Shown here: positions 1 through 8,487 of the stretch, piece by piece
How positions within the stretch are numbered: position 1 is the first letter of the stretch
Layout: the number at the start of each line of letters is the position of its first letter
Origin: Chthonomonadales bacterium
GTDB taxonomy: Bacteria; Armatimonadota; Chthonomonadetes; Chthonomonadales; Chthonomonadaceae
Direction of reading: 5' to 3'
NCBI GenBank assembly: GCA_038217285.1
Contig: JBBQPO010000090.1
Location: 1 to 20,024, forward strand
Length of the DNA: 20,024 nt
Program-made: the position numbers and the translations under genes
The notes under the pieces: model-generated
What the model saw: only the letters and a program-made list of their open reading frames with translations
Databases searched by the model: none
Told to the model about the DNA's origin: nothing

Positions 1-226
1 TTGACGTTTAGACTAAATTGAACCTTCAAACGCGGCCTAATCGAAGGCAAATGAGATCAAAAAGCATTTCCCGAAAGTTTTGCCAGGAATTTATGGCACT
101 TTGGAACAGCGAACGGGCTGTACCCAACTCTCTATAAATTCATAGCATTTCATTAGAGTTATGGTTTCCGATCTCAAATCGTCTTTTATCGCTGTTTCGG
201 ACAGGCGAAAATAGTCTAAACGTCAA
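1..226. mobile_element. Putative MITE / palindromic fold-back element with 15-bp perfect terminal inverted repeats
   Basis: 1-15 TTGACGTTTAGACTA is the exact reverse complement of 212-226 TAGTCTAAACGTCAA. Internal arms also pair symmetrically about ~114 (TGAGATC 52-58/GATCTCA 170-176; GAATTTAT 87-94/ATAAATTC 134-141; ACAGC 106-110/GCTGT 117-121). AT-rich, no listed ORF, no transposase. Left flank and TSD are not visible. Confidence 0.7.
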
Positions 227-514
227 TTCCCGAGAGCGGGCGCACTTGCCGGAAAGTTACCTCCCAACTATCAGCGTCGCACAAAGCAGGAAAATATTTG
301 TATTGGATTGTCTGGCTGGTCGGAAGCAGGGCTTGCATCGTGAACATCCCGCGCAGCGTGCCTGCAGTAACTCCTTAGGATCTGTGCATCTACTTCTCGA
401 CGCAAATTTATTTCACCACCTATACTTAATTAATCTATGCGAAAGCGACAAATGTGATATAGAGGACGAAAAATATTTCTTTGTGTCGCAAATCTGTGAT
501 GTGGTAGAGTCGCT

Positions 515-1444
515 TCATTCTCTCTGAAGGAGCCCGTAATGCCCAAGATCCATGTTATCGTCGAAACCTAGGATGGTCAATCCACCGAACAAATCTTCGA
601 CCCCCCAGCGGGAGGAATGGGAGAAAGAGATCCTGGGCTTTCTGTGGGTTGGCAACGTCGCGTCATACCTTTTGAGAAGGGACGCCATTGCCGTCTGGTG
701 CCGGTAGCTCACCATGACAAGCAATGATAGATTCTCCATTTCCCCTGTAAAATGTTGATTGGGATCCGCGCCATGCTGCAGGAGATAAGACGCCATTGAA
801 AGCCGATCTGTGCTCACCGCACAGAGAAGGGGCGTGGTGACGGAAATACAGTTGAGGCGACCGGTTGCGTTCGGATCGGCACCACGCATCAGCAGCAGCT
901 TGATAGTCGCCATATCGTTGGCCGCGCAAGCTTTTAACAGACACCTATCGAGCTTCATAGGACACGCGCCTTTTTCAAGCAACAGGAGCGCACTGGCACG
1001 GCTGTAGTCAAATTCGGAGGCTTCATCGACGAGCGTGTCTCCAACGATATCACAGACATCTGGTTGTGCCCCTTGATCGAGTAGGAGTTTAACGATCGGA
1101 GTAAGCTTCTCTTGCCTGCGATCATGAAGACCCATGGAGGCTTTAAAAGCTTGGATGAGAGCCGTTGGACGATAGCAAGACGGCTCTGGCCTATGGGTGA
1201 ACAGGCGCTGAAGATAGTCGCGCAGTGATGGCTGAGGCGAATAGGAACAATCCACGGCGTTGGGGGACGCTCCCGCACACAGCGTCTGTCGAACTGCGGC
1301 GACATCTAGTCGGCTGCAGGCGACGATGAGTTCCTGGTTCAGTCGTTGCTGTCGGATCTCACGGTAGACCGACGAGGCAGGGACCACAACCAGAATGGCA
1401 AGAGCGACGAGTACGAGAACGATAGGGATACTTTTACGATTCAT
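515..1444 (-). CDS. Membrane-anchored ankyrin-repeat protein (309 aa)
   Basis: N-terminal hydrophobic segment (IPIVLVLVALAILVVVPA). Several ankyrin-type motifs: IVKLLLDQGAQPD, TIKLLLMRGADPNA, TPLLCAV...MASYLLQHGADPN. Confidence 0.85.
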   Translation of the reverse strand: MNRKSIPIVLVLVALAILVVVPASSVYREIRQQRLNQELIVACSRLDVAAVRQTLCAGASPNAVDCSYSPQPSLRDYLQRLFTHRPEPSCYRPTALIQAFKASMGLHDRRQEKLTPIVKLLLDQGAQPDVCDIVGDTLVDEASEFDYSRASALLLLEKGACPMKLDRCLLKACAANDMATIKLLLMRGADPNATGRLNCISVTTPLLCAVSTDRLSMASYLLQHGADPNQHFTGEMENLSLLVMVSYRHQTAMASLLKRYDATLPTHRKPRISFSHSSRWGVEDLFGGLTILGFDDNMDLGHYGLLQRE

Positions 1445-1494
1445 TGGGCTGTCTCATCGTGACGCCGGGTGGCCAATAGTATGCCACTTCAGGA

Positions 1495-1893
1495 TCAACG
1501 GACCTCCGTCCTGCGAGTGCGATAGTATAGAGCCGCGAAGGACGTTGATTTTTCCGGAAAAGCAATCGGTTGGTTGAACCGATCATGCCACTGCCATTTC
1601 TTCATCTCTTCCAAGGTTATGAGGGGGCCGCCGGAATCGGCCTGTGGGATCGGTTTGGGCAGCGCTGCCCAGGAGTCCTCATCCGCTACCACATGCGTAA
1701 TTACGAGTGGGTCACCCGATGCCGTAAACAACTTCAGGCCTTCGGCGGATATGTGCCCTTGAAGCCGGTCTGTATCCTCGTGGATATTGGCAACGAAACG
1801 ACGGGATCCCCAGCCCAGAACGACCGATATGAGGAGTACAAGCCAGAAACGATTCCAGAAAACGAGTCGGCGTATCAGGTTTTCCTGTACCAC
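1495..1893 (-). CDS. Hypothetical protein with single N-terminal membrane segment (132 aa)
   Basis: GTG start preceded by AAGGAAG SD-like sequence. Hydrophobic FWLVLLISVVLGWG. Fills the gap between two same-strand genes. No family recognised. Confidence 0.6.
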   Translation of the reverse strand: MVQENLIRRLVFWNRFWLVLLISVVLGWGSRRFVANIHEDTDRLQGHISAEGLKLFTASGDPLVITHVVADEDSWAALPKPIPQADSGGPLITLEEMKKWQWHDRFNQPIAFPEKSTSFAALYYRTRRTEVR

Positions 1894-1949
1894 GGTTCTC
1901 TTCCTTTCAGCTTCGTTTACGAGAAAACCCTCTACACCGTCCCCCCCGA

Positions 1950-4076
1950 TTAACGCTGTGGGCCGATCTTACCGTGGTACCGAACCTCCGACCAGTCTTT
2001 GATGCCAATGATTCGCTTTGCGAACTCCGTAGCCTCTGCCTCTCTCGCCGTGCCTAACGCTTGATAGACGTACCAGATCGGTTTTTTGCCGAGCGGTTCG
2101 TCTTTGTCGTCGGGGAAGCGGCGCAGGCCGATGCGCAGTCCGCCTTCGCCCCGGTTATCGACCCAGTTGTGATAGTCGAAGACTTCAATCGTTTTTAGGT
2201 CCTTGTACTTGTTCCACGCATAGGCCATTCCGGCCGCCTGGTCGGTCAGAGACTTTTCGCTGTAGTCCATAGAGTTCAGGCCCTGCTCGGTCAGGTGCAC
2301 GGTGCGGGTCGCCTTCCCGAGGAACTGGGCGCGGGGCTGCCGGACCCAGGCATCGAGCACTTCGAGGTTCTTGTAGGTGATCTTCGGGGTGTCGAAGGTG
2401 TAGACGGCCTCGGTATCGGCCCAAACGCGGGGATCGAACAGGTTCTGCGGGTAGGGATGGAAGGCGAGGGCCCAGTCGAAATCGCCTTCGGCGGCGGAGA
2501 ACTCCAGCAGCAGATCCAGGATCTCACGTCCGGCATAGATATGCGTTGGGCGGATGTTCCAGTGGTGCTCCAGAGAGATAAACGCTTTCGAATGGGAGTT
2601 GTACTGCCGGGCGATGAGGTGGGCCACGCGCATCGAGCGGTGATAGAGGTCGGTATAGAGGAGGGGAGTCTTATCGCCGGCATTGGTCCAGACCCAGCCT
2701 GCATTTACCTCGTTGTGCAGGATCCAGTGATGGAGACGCCCGTACTTCTCATCCGGACGACTGTAGCGCTGGGCGAGAAAGTCGAGCGCGGCCGCGTAGG
2801 CTGCCAGGCCGTCCTCGCTCGATACGTTGGGCATGACGAAGATGCCGGAAGGGTCGGCGTCGGGGTGGGCGATGCGGTGGCTGAAACTGTCGGGAGGCGC
2901 GTTACCGCCCTGACCGAGCAGGATAATTGCCGAGACGACCAGATGGTGCTGTGCCGTCGCCTGGAGCGTTCGGTCCAGGTTCGCCACCGCGCGGTCTTCA
3001 GCGTACCAGGTGCGGCCCCCATATTGGAACGCGGTGCGGCCCGGCCCCGGCGTCGTCGAAAAGAGGCTGTTCAGCACGATGTTGACCGTCGCGGCGGAGA
3101 GATCGAGATCCGCTACATCGCTGATCGGCCGGTCGGCTCCGAACCCTCCAATGCCTTTTTTGTTGCGCGGCTTCTCCTCCGGAAGTGCGTTGAGCGCTTG
3201 AACGGTGTCGGGATAGCGGGCATGGGAGAGCAGTTCGAACGCGGTGCCGCTCCGTCTGGCGACCGCCCATCGGGCCAGCAGCCGGTCGAACGTATGGTCC
3301 CCGGTTTTGCGCTGCCGGTCGAGCGTGACCGCGAAATGGCCCCTGGCATCCGGGCGCAGTTCGACGACCGTGGGGAACTGCTTTGTTTCGGTAATATCGG
3401 CGTAGAGCGGCGCTTCTACCAGGCAGAGATCCGTGTGCTCGCCCGCGACCTCCCCAGTCACGACGACCTGCTGGTCGGTCACGGCGACGTTCGTCACGCG
3501 ACAGGGGTAGGTGTGGCGGAGATAGGCATGGAGACGGGCATCGCGCAGCCGCTCGGCCTCCCGCGAGGCCTCCCGACGGGCCGCCAACTGGGCCTCTTGA
3601 GGCGTCTGTTCGCGCAGCCGCAGGTTGCGCATCCGGATCGTTTTGCCGGCAAAGCCTCCGAAATCGAGCCGCAGTGTCTCTGCCTTGCCTGCCAATTTTT
3701 TCAGGATCGGCTGCAGATCGAGGGCGTAGGAGGACCAGCCCTCGCTGTTCGCGAGCCCCGCGACTCTAAGGCTGTGTTCCTCGGAAAGCGGCGGCAGGAC
3801 GAAGACCTGGAAATGATCGGTTCCAGTCGTGCTGAAAAAATCGAAGGCCAGCACATGATGCCGCTTCGCATCAAAGGAGGACGGCAGCTTCTCGGTAAAG
3901 GCGTAAGGGTCGCCGCCGGTCGTGCGGATCTCGTACTCGCCGCCCGCCTGGACACGCAAGGTCATGTCATGTCTATTACCGTCGTTTATCGTCAGCGGAA
4001 CCACTCCGCCCTGCGCCTGCGCCATTGTCGCTACTCCTGCCAGCATCAAAAGAATCAGCACGATTGTTTTCGTCAT
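1950..4076 (-). CDS. Secreted DUF5722-like protein, putative clan GH-A glycoside hydrolase (708 aa)
   Basis: Start moved to ATG 4076 (MTKTIVLILLMLAGVATMAQAQ signal peptide; purine-rich SD), which removes the overlap with the upstream gene. C-terminal half has KKG, HWILHNEVN (NE acid/base-like), AFHPYP and HLTEQG (nucleophile-like) motifs, as recalled for DUF5722. Confidence 0.75.
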   Translation of the reverse strand: MTKTIVLILLMLAGVATMAQAQGGVVPLTINDGNRHDMTLRVQAGGEYEIRTTGGDPYAFTEKLPSSFDAKRHHVLAFDFFSTTGTDHFQVFVLPPLSEEHSLRVAGLANSEGWSSYALDLQPILKKLAGKAETLRLDFGGFAGKTIRMRNLRLREQTPQEAQLAARREASREAERLRDARLHAYLRHTYPCRVTNVAVTDQQVVVTGEVAGEHTDLCLVEAPLYADITETKQFPTVVELRPDARGHFAVTLDRQRKTGDHTFDRLLARWAVARRSGTAFELLSHARYPDTVQALNALPEEKPRNKKGIGGFGADRPISDVADLDLSAATVNIVLNSLFSTTPGPGRTAFQYGGRTWYAEDRAVANLDRTLQATAQHHLVVSAIILLGQGGNAPPDSFSHRIAHPDADPSGIFVMPNVSSEDGLAAYAAALDFLAQRYSRPDEKYGRLHHWILHNEVNAGWVWTNAGDKTPLLYTDLYHRSMRVAHLIARQYNSHSKAFISLEHHWNIRPTHIYAGREILDLLLEFSAAEGDFDWALAFHPYPQNLFDPRVWADTEAVYTFDTPKITYKNLEVLDAWVRQPRAQFLGKATRTVHLTEQGLNSMDYSEKSLTDQAAGMAYAWNKYKDLKTIEVFDYHNWVDNRGEGGLRIGLRRFPDDKDEPLGKKPIWYVYQALGTAREAEATEFAKRIIGIKDWSEVRYHGKIGPQR

Positions 4077-4095
4077 TTGTCGTCTTCTCTCCCTC

Positions 4096-5430
4096 TCAGG
4101 CTTTGTAGATTGGGAGTTTCCAGGGCTTGCGGTATTCGCGGTGGTAGTAGATGCTGTCCTTGCCCGCCTTACCGACGATGTCCATCTTCTCCTTGCTGAA
4201 CTGCACGGACTCGCCCGCTTCGAGGGCGACATTGATCAGATGGCAGGTGATGGTCGTCTGCGCCATGGAGGCCAGGTTCGAGCGCGGCTGCTCGCGTGAC
4301 TTCACGCAGTCCAGCCAGTTCTGCCAGTGGTCGTTGGTGGCGGGAATGCGCTCTTTGGGGATCGGTTCGCCCTTGGGGTCCATGATGGACCATCCCCCGC
4401 GCGAAACCTGCAGCGTCTTGCCGTCCGCACTCACGAACTCCGTGCCGTGGTCCGGCTTTCCGGGCTGATCCCGGCCCGTCTCCCACTGCAGCAGGAAGTC
4501 GGGATCCTTGAACCGCATGATGGCTTCGACGGTGTCGGGGGTGTCGCGGTCGTCGTCCACGAAGGAGAACTTGCCGCCGAAGGCGCAGACCTCGGTCGGC
4601 ATCACCAGATCGGTGCCCTCGCTCATACCGAGCAGGCCGATGTCGATCATATGGACGCCCCAGTCGCCCGTCTTCCCGGTCCCGGTGTTCTTGAACCAGC
4701 GCCAGGCGTTGTGGACATGATTGGCGGCGTAGGGAAAGGCCGCCGCAGGGCCGGTCCACATATCGAAGTCGAGATTGGGCGGCGGAGTGGTCACGATTCC
4801 ACGTCCTGCGCCTCGCTCTTCGACTTTCCAGGCGCGGACTTTGACGATCTTGCCCAGTTTCCCGGACTTGACATAGTTTAGCGCGTTCGTGAAGACGTCC
4901 GTGCTGCGCTGCCAGGTGCCGACCTGAACGATCTTGTTGTAGTGCTTGACGGCGGCCGCCATCGACTTCGCTTCGGTGATATCGTGGGAGATCGGCTTCT
5001 CGCAGTAGGCGTCTTTGCCCGCCTCCACCGCGTTGATCAGGATCAGGGCATGCCAGTGGTCGGGTGTGCCGACGATGACCGCGTCGAGATCCTTGCGCTC
5101 CAGCATCTTGCGGTAGTCGCCGTAGAGGTCGGGCGCTTTGCCATACTTCGCCGTCACGTTCTTGATGTCGTTGGGCATCCGGTTTTTGTCCACGTCGCAC
5201 AGCGCGGCGACCTGCACCTCCGGCTTTTCCATCAGTTTGCCCATATCGACCGCGCCCATGCCGCCGCACCCGATCAGGCCGATGACCAGTTTGTCGTTCG
5301 CGCCTACACGTCGTCGGCGGCTCGTTGCTTCGGCATGGACCGGCAAAATGCCTGCCGCCAGACCTACGCCGACGAGACCCGCTCCCCCGAGTAGCTCCCG
5401 ACGCGACATACTCTCTTTTTCCGTACTCAT
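4096..5430 (-). CDS. Tat-exported Gfo/Idh/MocA family NAD(P)-dependent oxidoreductase (444 aa)
   Basis: Twin-arginine SRRELL plus hydrophobic stretch; Rossmann IGLIGCGGMG; DAVIVGTPDHWHA; YCEKP; VQVGTWQRS; DWGVHMID. GGAGG SD before the ATG. Confidence 0.93.
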   Translation of the reverse strand: MSTEKESMSRRELLGGAGLVGVGLAAGILPVHAEATSRRRRVGANDKLVIGLIGCGGMGAVDMGKLMEKPEVQVAALCDVDKNRMPNDIKNVTAKYGKAPDLYGDYRKMLERKDLDAVIVGTPDHWHALILINAVEAGKDAYCEKPISHDITEAKSMAAAVKHYNKIVQVGTWQRSTDVFTNALNYVKSGKLGKIVKVRAWKVEERGAGRGIVTTPPPNLDFDMWTGPAAAFPYAANHVHNAWRWFKNTGTGKTGDWGVHMIDIGLLGMSEGTDLVMPTEVCAFGGKFSFVDDDRDTPDTVEAIMRFKDPDFLLQWETGRDQPGKPDHGTEFVSADGKTLQVSRGGWSIMDPKGEPIPKERIPATNDHWQNWLDCVKSREQPRSNLASMAQTTITCHLINVALEAGESVQFSKEKMDIVGKAGKDSIYYHREYRKPWKLPIYKA

Positions 5431-5719
5431 GATTCCTCCCTGTTCGTTTCTCGTTTGCCACGGCGTCGCGACCGCCTGTCCGACGGAGCACGAGGGCTTC
5501 CGAGTGAAGGCAGCGTCTTACTCTCAGACAATCGACATGACGGTTGTTTCACCAACCAGCCCCCCTTCTACCTCCTTGAAATCCGGGTCCGCCGTTCGGA
5601 GAAGGGAGAACCCCTTGCGCGAAACGGATGGTTTCGGATACAATCACGGTGGATCCGGCTCCCACCGAACGCTGGCGTCGGCGTGAAGGTCATGGCCTGT
5701 AGAACGAAGGAAACCGCTT

Positions 5720-6919
5720 TTGCCGCTGTTATCGCATCTGGTGTTGCTGTTGATACGTAATGGGCGTCTGCTGGGCTGCCTGCTGACCGGCGGCGTCATG
5801 ATCGCCTGGTTCACCGGAACCAGCCTGCTCTTGCTGAATCGTCATCGTTATCGGCGTCTCTCCCGCATCGCGATACAGGCCGACGAGCGCGACAGTTTGC
5901 CAGCTCTCTCCGTACTGGTGCCCGCCTGCAACGAAGCCGCGACGCTGGAGCGCGCCATGCAGAGCCTGCTCGCGGTAGACTACCCGCGTATGGAGATCAT
6001 CGCGGTCAATGACAGATCGACCGACAGAACGGGCGACCTACTCGAACGCCTTGCGGCAGAAAATCCGCGTCTGCGAGTGCTGCACATCACCGACCTCCCG
6101 CCAGGTTGGCTGGGCAAGAACCACGCGCTCCATGTCGCCAGTCAGGAGGCGACGGGAGACTGGCTGCTGTTTACAGACGCCGATGTGGTCTACACGCCGG
6201 ATGCCCTGGTGCGCGCCGTCTCCTATGCGTGCCACGCGGGAACCGACCATCTGGTCGTCTCTCCGCGCATCGAGACCCGGGACTTCTGGGAGCGGCTGTT
6301 CGCCAGCTATTTCAGCCTGATGCTCAGTCTGCGTTGCCGTATCTGGGATGTCGCCGATCCTCGCCGCTCCGCCTATTTCGGTTTTGGTGCCTTCAATATG
6401 GTGCGTACAGCCGCGTACCGGGCTTTTGGCGGGCATGGCGCACTGGCGATGGAAGTGGCGGACGACACCAAACTCGGCAAGGTTATCAAGCGGCACGGTT
6501 TTCGTACAGAACTGGTGGATGGCAGCGATCTGCTTTCTGTGCGTTGGGTCATCGGATTTCGCGGCGTGATGCAGTGCCTGACCAAGAACGCTTTCGCCGG
6601 GTTCGATTTCAATACGCCCCGCATGCTGGTGGGCGTTTTCGGCTTGCTGATCACGGCCGTCTACCCGGTCGTGGCTCTCTTCTTACTTGCGCCCTGCCGT
6701 TGGCTGGCGGTCGGCGCACTGCTCGGCATGATGAGTGGGGCAGGCGCGATGCGCCGCGTCTCCGACGCCAACTCCGCCTACGGCCTTACCTATCCCCTCG
6801 CCGCGCTGATGCTGGTCTATATCATACTACACTCCACGTGGCTTGCCTGCAGTCGCCAGGGGATCGTTTGGCGTGGCACCCTTTATCCTCTGGACGAACT
6901 CAAAAAAGGGGTTGTATAG
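5720..6919 (+). CDS. Family 2 glycosyltransferase, membrane-bound (HpnB/CrtQ-like lipid/carotenoid GT type)
   Basis: LSVLVPACNEA, VNDRSTDRT, PPGWLGKNHAL, WLLFTDADV (DxD), FGAFNMV, VADD. N- and C-terminal TM segments; ends IVWRGTLY. Start uncertain (TTG 5720 or a later ATG). Confidence 0.88.
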   Translation: MPLLSHLVLLLIRNGRLLGCLLTGGVMIAWFTGTSLLLLNRHRYRRLSRIAIQADERDSLPALSVLVPACNEAATLERAMQSLLAVDYPRMEIIAVNDRSTDRTGDLLERLAAENPRLRVLHITDLPPGWLGKNHALHVASQEATGDWLLFTDADVVYTPDALVRAVSYACHAGTDHLVVSPRIETRDFWERLFASYFSLMLSLRCRIWDVADPRRSAYFGFGAFNMVRTAAYRAFGGHGALAMEVADDTKLGKVIKRHGFRTELVDGSDLLSVRWVIGFRGVMQCLTKNAFAGFDFNTPRMLVGVFGLLITAVYPVVALFLLAPCRWLAVGALLGMMSGAGAMRRVSDANSAYGLTYPLAALMLVYIILHSTWLACSRQGIVWRGTLYPLDELKKGVV

Positions 6920-7032
6920 CGCTCATCCGTACGCAAGCTTTCTGCCACTAATGGAACAGAACGACGTCTTGTCGGGCGAATCTGTATGCCCGGAAAAAAT
7001 AATTAAATTTTTCTAAGGGTAAGAAGGAATCC

Positions 7033-7058
7033 GAACTTAACCCGGTGAATGGTACGTC
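7033..7058 (+). promoter_or_regulatory. Putative ECF-sigma promoter GAACTT-N16-CGTC
   Basis: GAACTT 7033-7038, 16-nt spacer, CGTC 7055-7058. Preceded by an A/T-rich tract (~6994-7014) resembling an UP element. A similar motif occurs at 8488-8515. Confidence 0.4.
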
Positions 7059-7125
7059 GTAGCTGATTCATAAGCCACCATCAAGCTAAGTGTGCAGTCG
7101 AGGATGCTCCTGGTTTCCTCAGACA

Positions 7126-7154
7126 TTGCATATCGTGGTGGAATATGATATATT
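7126..7154 (+). promoter_or_regulatory. Putative sigma70 promoter TTGCAT-N17-TATATT with extended -10
   Basis: TTGCAT 7126-7131, 17-nt spacer, TG at 7146-7147, TATATT 7149-7154. Lies ~22 nt upstream of the strong SD at 7177. Confidence 0.55.
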
Positions 7155-7191
7155 GAAAGAACCTAATACACATGTGAGGAGGTGATTTGAA

Positions 7192-7443
7192 CTGAAAGAA
7201 AAAGCTGGTCCTGTGGTAATTGCAGTGGTAGTTATCATCGCTGTCCTGCTGATCGGGGGGCTCGGTTGGAAGTTCCTTGGCCCTGGGTCAAAGGATGGCG
7301 GATCCAACCCGTACGCGAATGGACATGCGGCTCCCGGCGGCGCGGGCGGTGGCCCTCCTGGTTCCGGCGGCGCGGGCGGTGGCCCTCCTGGTTCCGGCGG
7401 CCCCGGTTCCGGTGGCCCGAGTGCACCCGGCAGTGGAGGATAG
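7192..7443 (+). CDS. Small single-TM protein with Gly/Pro/Ser-rich tail (83 aa from CTG; 76 aa from GTG 7213)
   Basis: SD AGGAGGTGAT 7177-7186 followed by in-frame CTG at 7192, giving [30 protein letters not shown]... An in-frame TGA at 7183-7185 excludes an earlier start. Tail contains [10 protein letters not shown] repeats. Confidence 0.75.
   Translation: MKEKAGPVVIAVVVIIAVLLIGGLGWKFLGPGSKDGGSNPYANGHAAPGGAGGGPPGSGGAGGGPPGSGGPGSGGPSAPGSGG
7334..7401 (+). repeat. 30-bp exact tandem repeat (~2.3 copies) encoding [10 protein letters not shown]
   Basis: CCGGCGGCGCGGGCGGTGGCCCTCCTGGTT at 7334-7363 and 7364-7393, plus a partial copy at 7394-7401. Confidence 0.9.
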
Positions 7444-7514
7444 TCCACGGACGGCACTCTGCCCTCTTCTGTAAACTTACTCAAGTTGTTTTCTTCGAGA
7501 AAGGAGCGACCGAA

Positions 7515-8378
7515 ATGAATCGGCGCAACGTTAAAAGCCAATCCAACGGTGGATTTACTCTGATAGAACTGCTAGTCGTCATCGCTATTATCGCCATCCT
7601 GGCGGCTATTCTCTTCCCTGTGTTCGCACAGGCACGGGAGAAGGCGCGCACCGCCTCCTGCAGCAGCAACGCCCGACAGATGGGGCTTGCCATCAATATG
7701 TACAAACAGGACTACGACGAGCGCTTCCCGTTCGGCGGATGGCGTCCGCCGCCCGGCCCGAACGGCGGTACCGGCACCTGGGACTGGCAGAACTCGACCG
7801 CCCCTTATATCAAAAATAAGGGTGTCTACTTCTGCCCCAGCTCCACCGACGACAACGAGCAGGCCGATCCTACGAGCTGGAGCTGGAACCGCAACCCGGT
7901 AAGCTACCTCTATAACAATCAGCTCGGTCAGAACCGTACTCCGGTTTCCGACGCCGCTGTCACCCAGCCCTCCAACTGCTGGATGGTGCTTGATGGCCAC
8001 TCCGACTGGGGCTGCGATCAGGCCAACACCAACGCCTGCTACGGAACCGACTGGCTTGGTCGCCCGAAGACCATCTGGCTGCTCGAGGATACCACGTTCG
8101 GCTCCGCTGCCTCGCTGGTAACCGGCTGGCTCAGTTGGCAGGGATTCACCTGGGGCCTGCCTCGCCATAACGCCGGCGCCAACGTCTGCTTTGTGGACGG
8201 ACACGTGAAGTGGCAGAAGGTCGCGCCCTTCGATAAAGGCACGGCGTTTAACTCGAACAACAACAATATCATGAAGGGCAGCGGCGGTGCCGACAGCAGC
8301 CTGGAGCAGTTGTACCCCTACAACAAGGTCTGTATTCCGGACCAGAGCAACGCTGGCTGGAAATGGGGCATCAACTAG
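7515..8378 (+). CDS. Prepilin-type N-terminal cleavage/methylation protein with DUF1559-like domain and C-terminal H-X9-DG motif (287 aa)
   Basis: AAGGAG SD at 7501-7506, ATG 7515. [71 protein letters not shown] (H-X9-DG). Confidence 0.95.
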   Translation: MNRRNVKSQSNGGFTLIELLVVIAIIAILAAILFPVFAQAREKARTASCSSNARQMGLAINMYKQDYDERFPFGGWRPPPGPNGGTGTWDWQNSTAPYIKNKGVYFCPSSTDDNEQADPTSWSWNRNPVSYLYNNQLGQNRTPVSDAAVTQPSNCWMVLDGHSDWGCDQANTNACYGTDWLGRPKTIWLLEDTTFGSAASLVTGWLSWQGFTWGLPRHNAGANVCFVDGHVKWQKVAPFDKGTAFNSNNNNIMKGSGGADSSLEQLYPYNKVCIPDQSNAGWKWGIN

Positions 8379-8409
8379 ACCTCTCTGCTGAAACCTCAGT
8401 TCGCCTGTG

Positions 8410-8441
8410 ACAGCCTGGAGGAATTCGTTCCTCCAGGCTGT
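8410..8441 (+). terminator. Perfect 14-bp stem hairpin with UUCG loop (terminator or mRNA-stabilising stem-loop)
   Basis: ACAGCCTGGAGGAA-TTCG-TTCCTCCAGGCTGT, 31 nt after the pilin-like stop. No clear poly-U tail. Confidence 0.7.
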
Positions 8442-8487
8442 TCCTCTGCACCGATATTCGGATCGGCCCGTTCGAGAGACCCGACCG

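Noticed and set aside
246-527. 93-aa plus-strand ORF
   Set aside because: TTG start without clear SD, AT-rich non-coding-like composition, overlaps the ankyrin gene end, no motifs.
2295-4199. 634-aa plus-strand ORF
   Set aside because: Antisense shadow of the well-supported DUF5722-like gene; typical of GC-rich codon bias; no motifs.
4169-5491. 440-aa alternative-frame minus-strand ORF
   Set aside because: Arg/Gly-rich off-frame translation overlapping the Gfo/Idh/MocA gene.
5524-5551. Minus-strand TGAAAC...TCTGA ECF-like promoter upstream of the oxidoreductase
   Set aside because: Weaker match than the two cluster motifs and no independent support.
7334-7401. Direct repeats as a possible CRISPR array
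   Set aside because: Adjacent tandem copies with no spacers, in-frame within a coding sequence; no cas genes.
7266-7514. 83-codon N-terminal extension of the pilin-like ORF ([10 protein letters not shown] repeats)
   Set aside because: Off-frame reading of the Gly/Pro gene's tandem repeat; the SD and short prepilin leader support ATG 7515.
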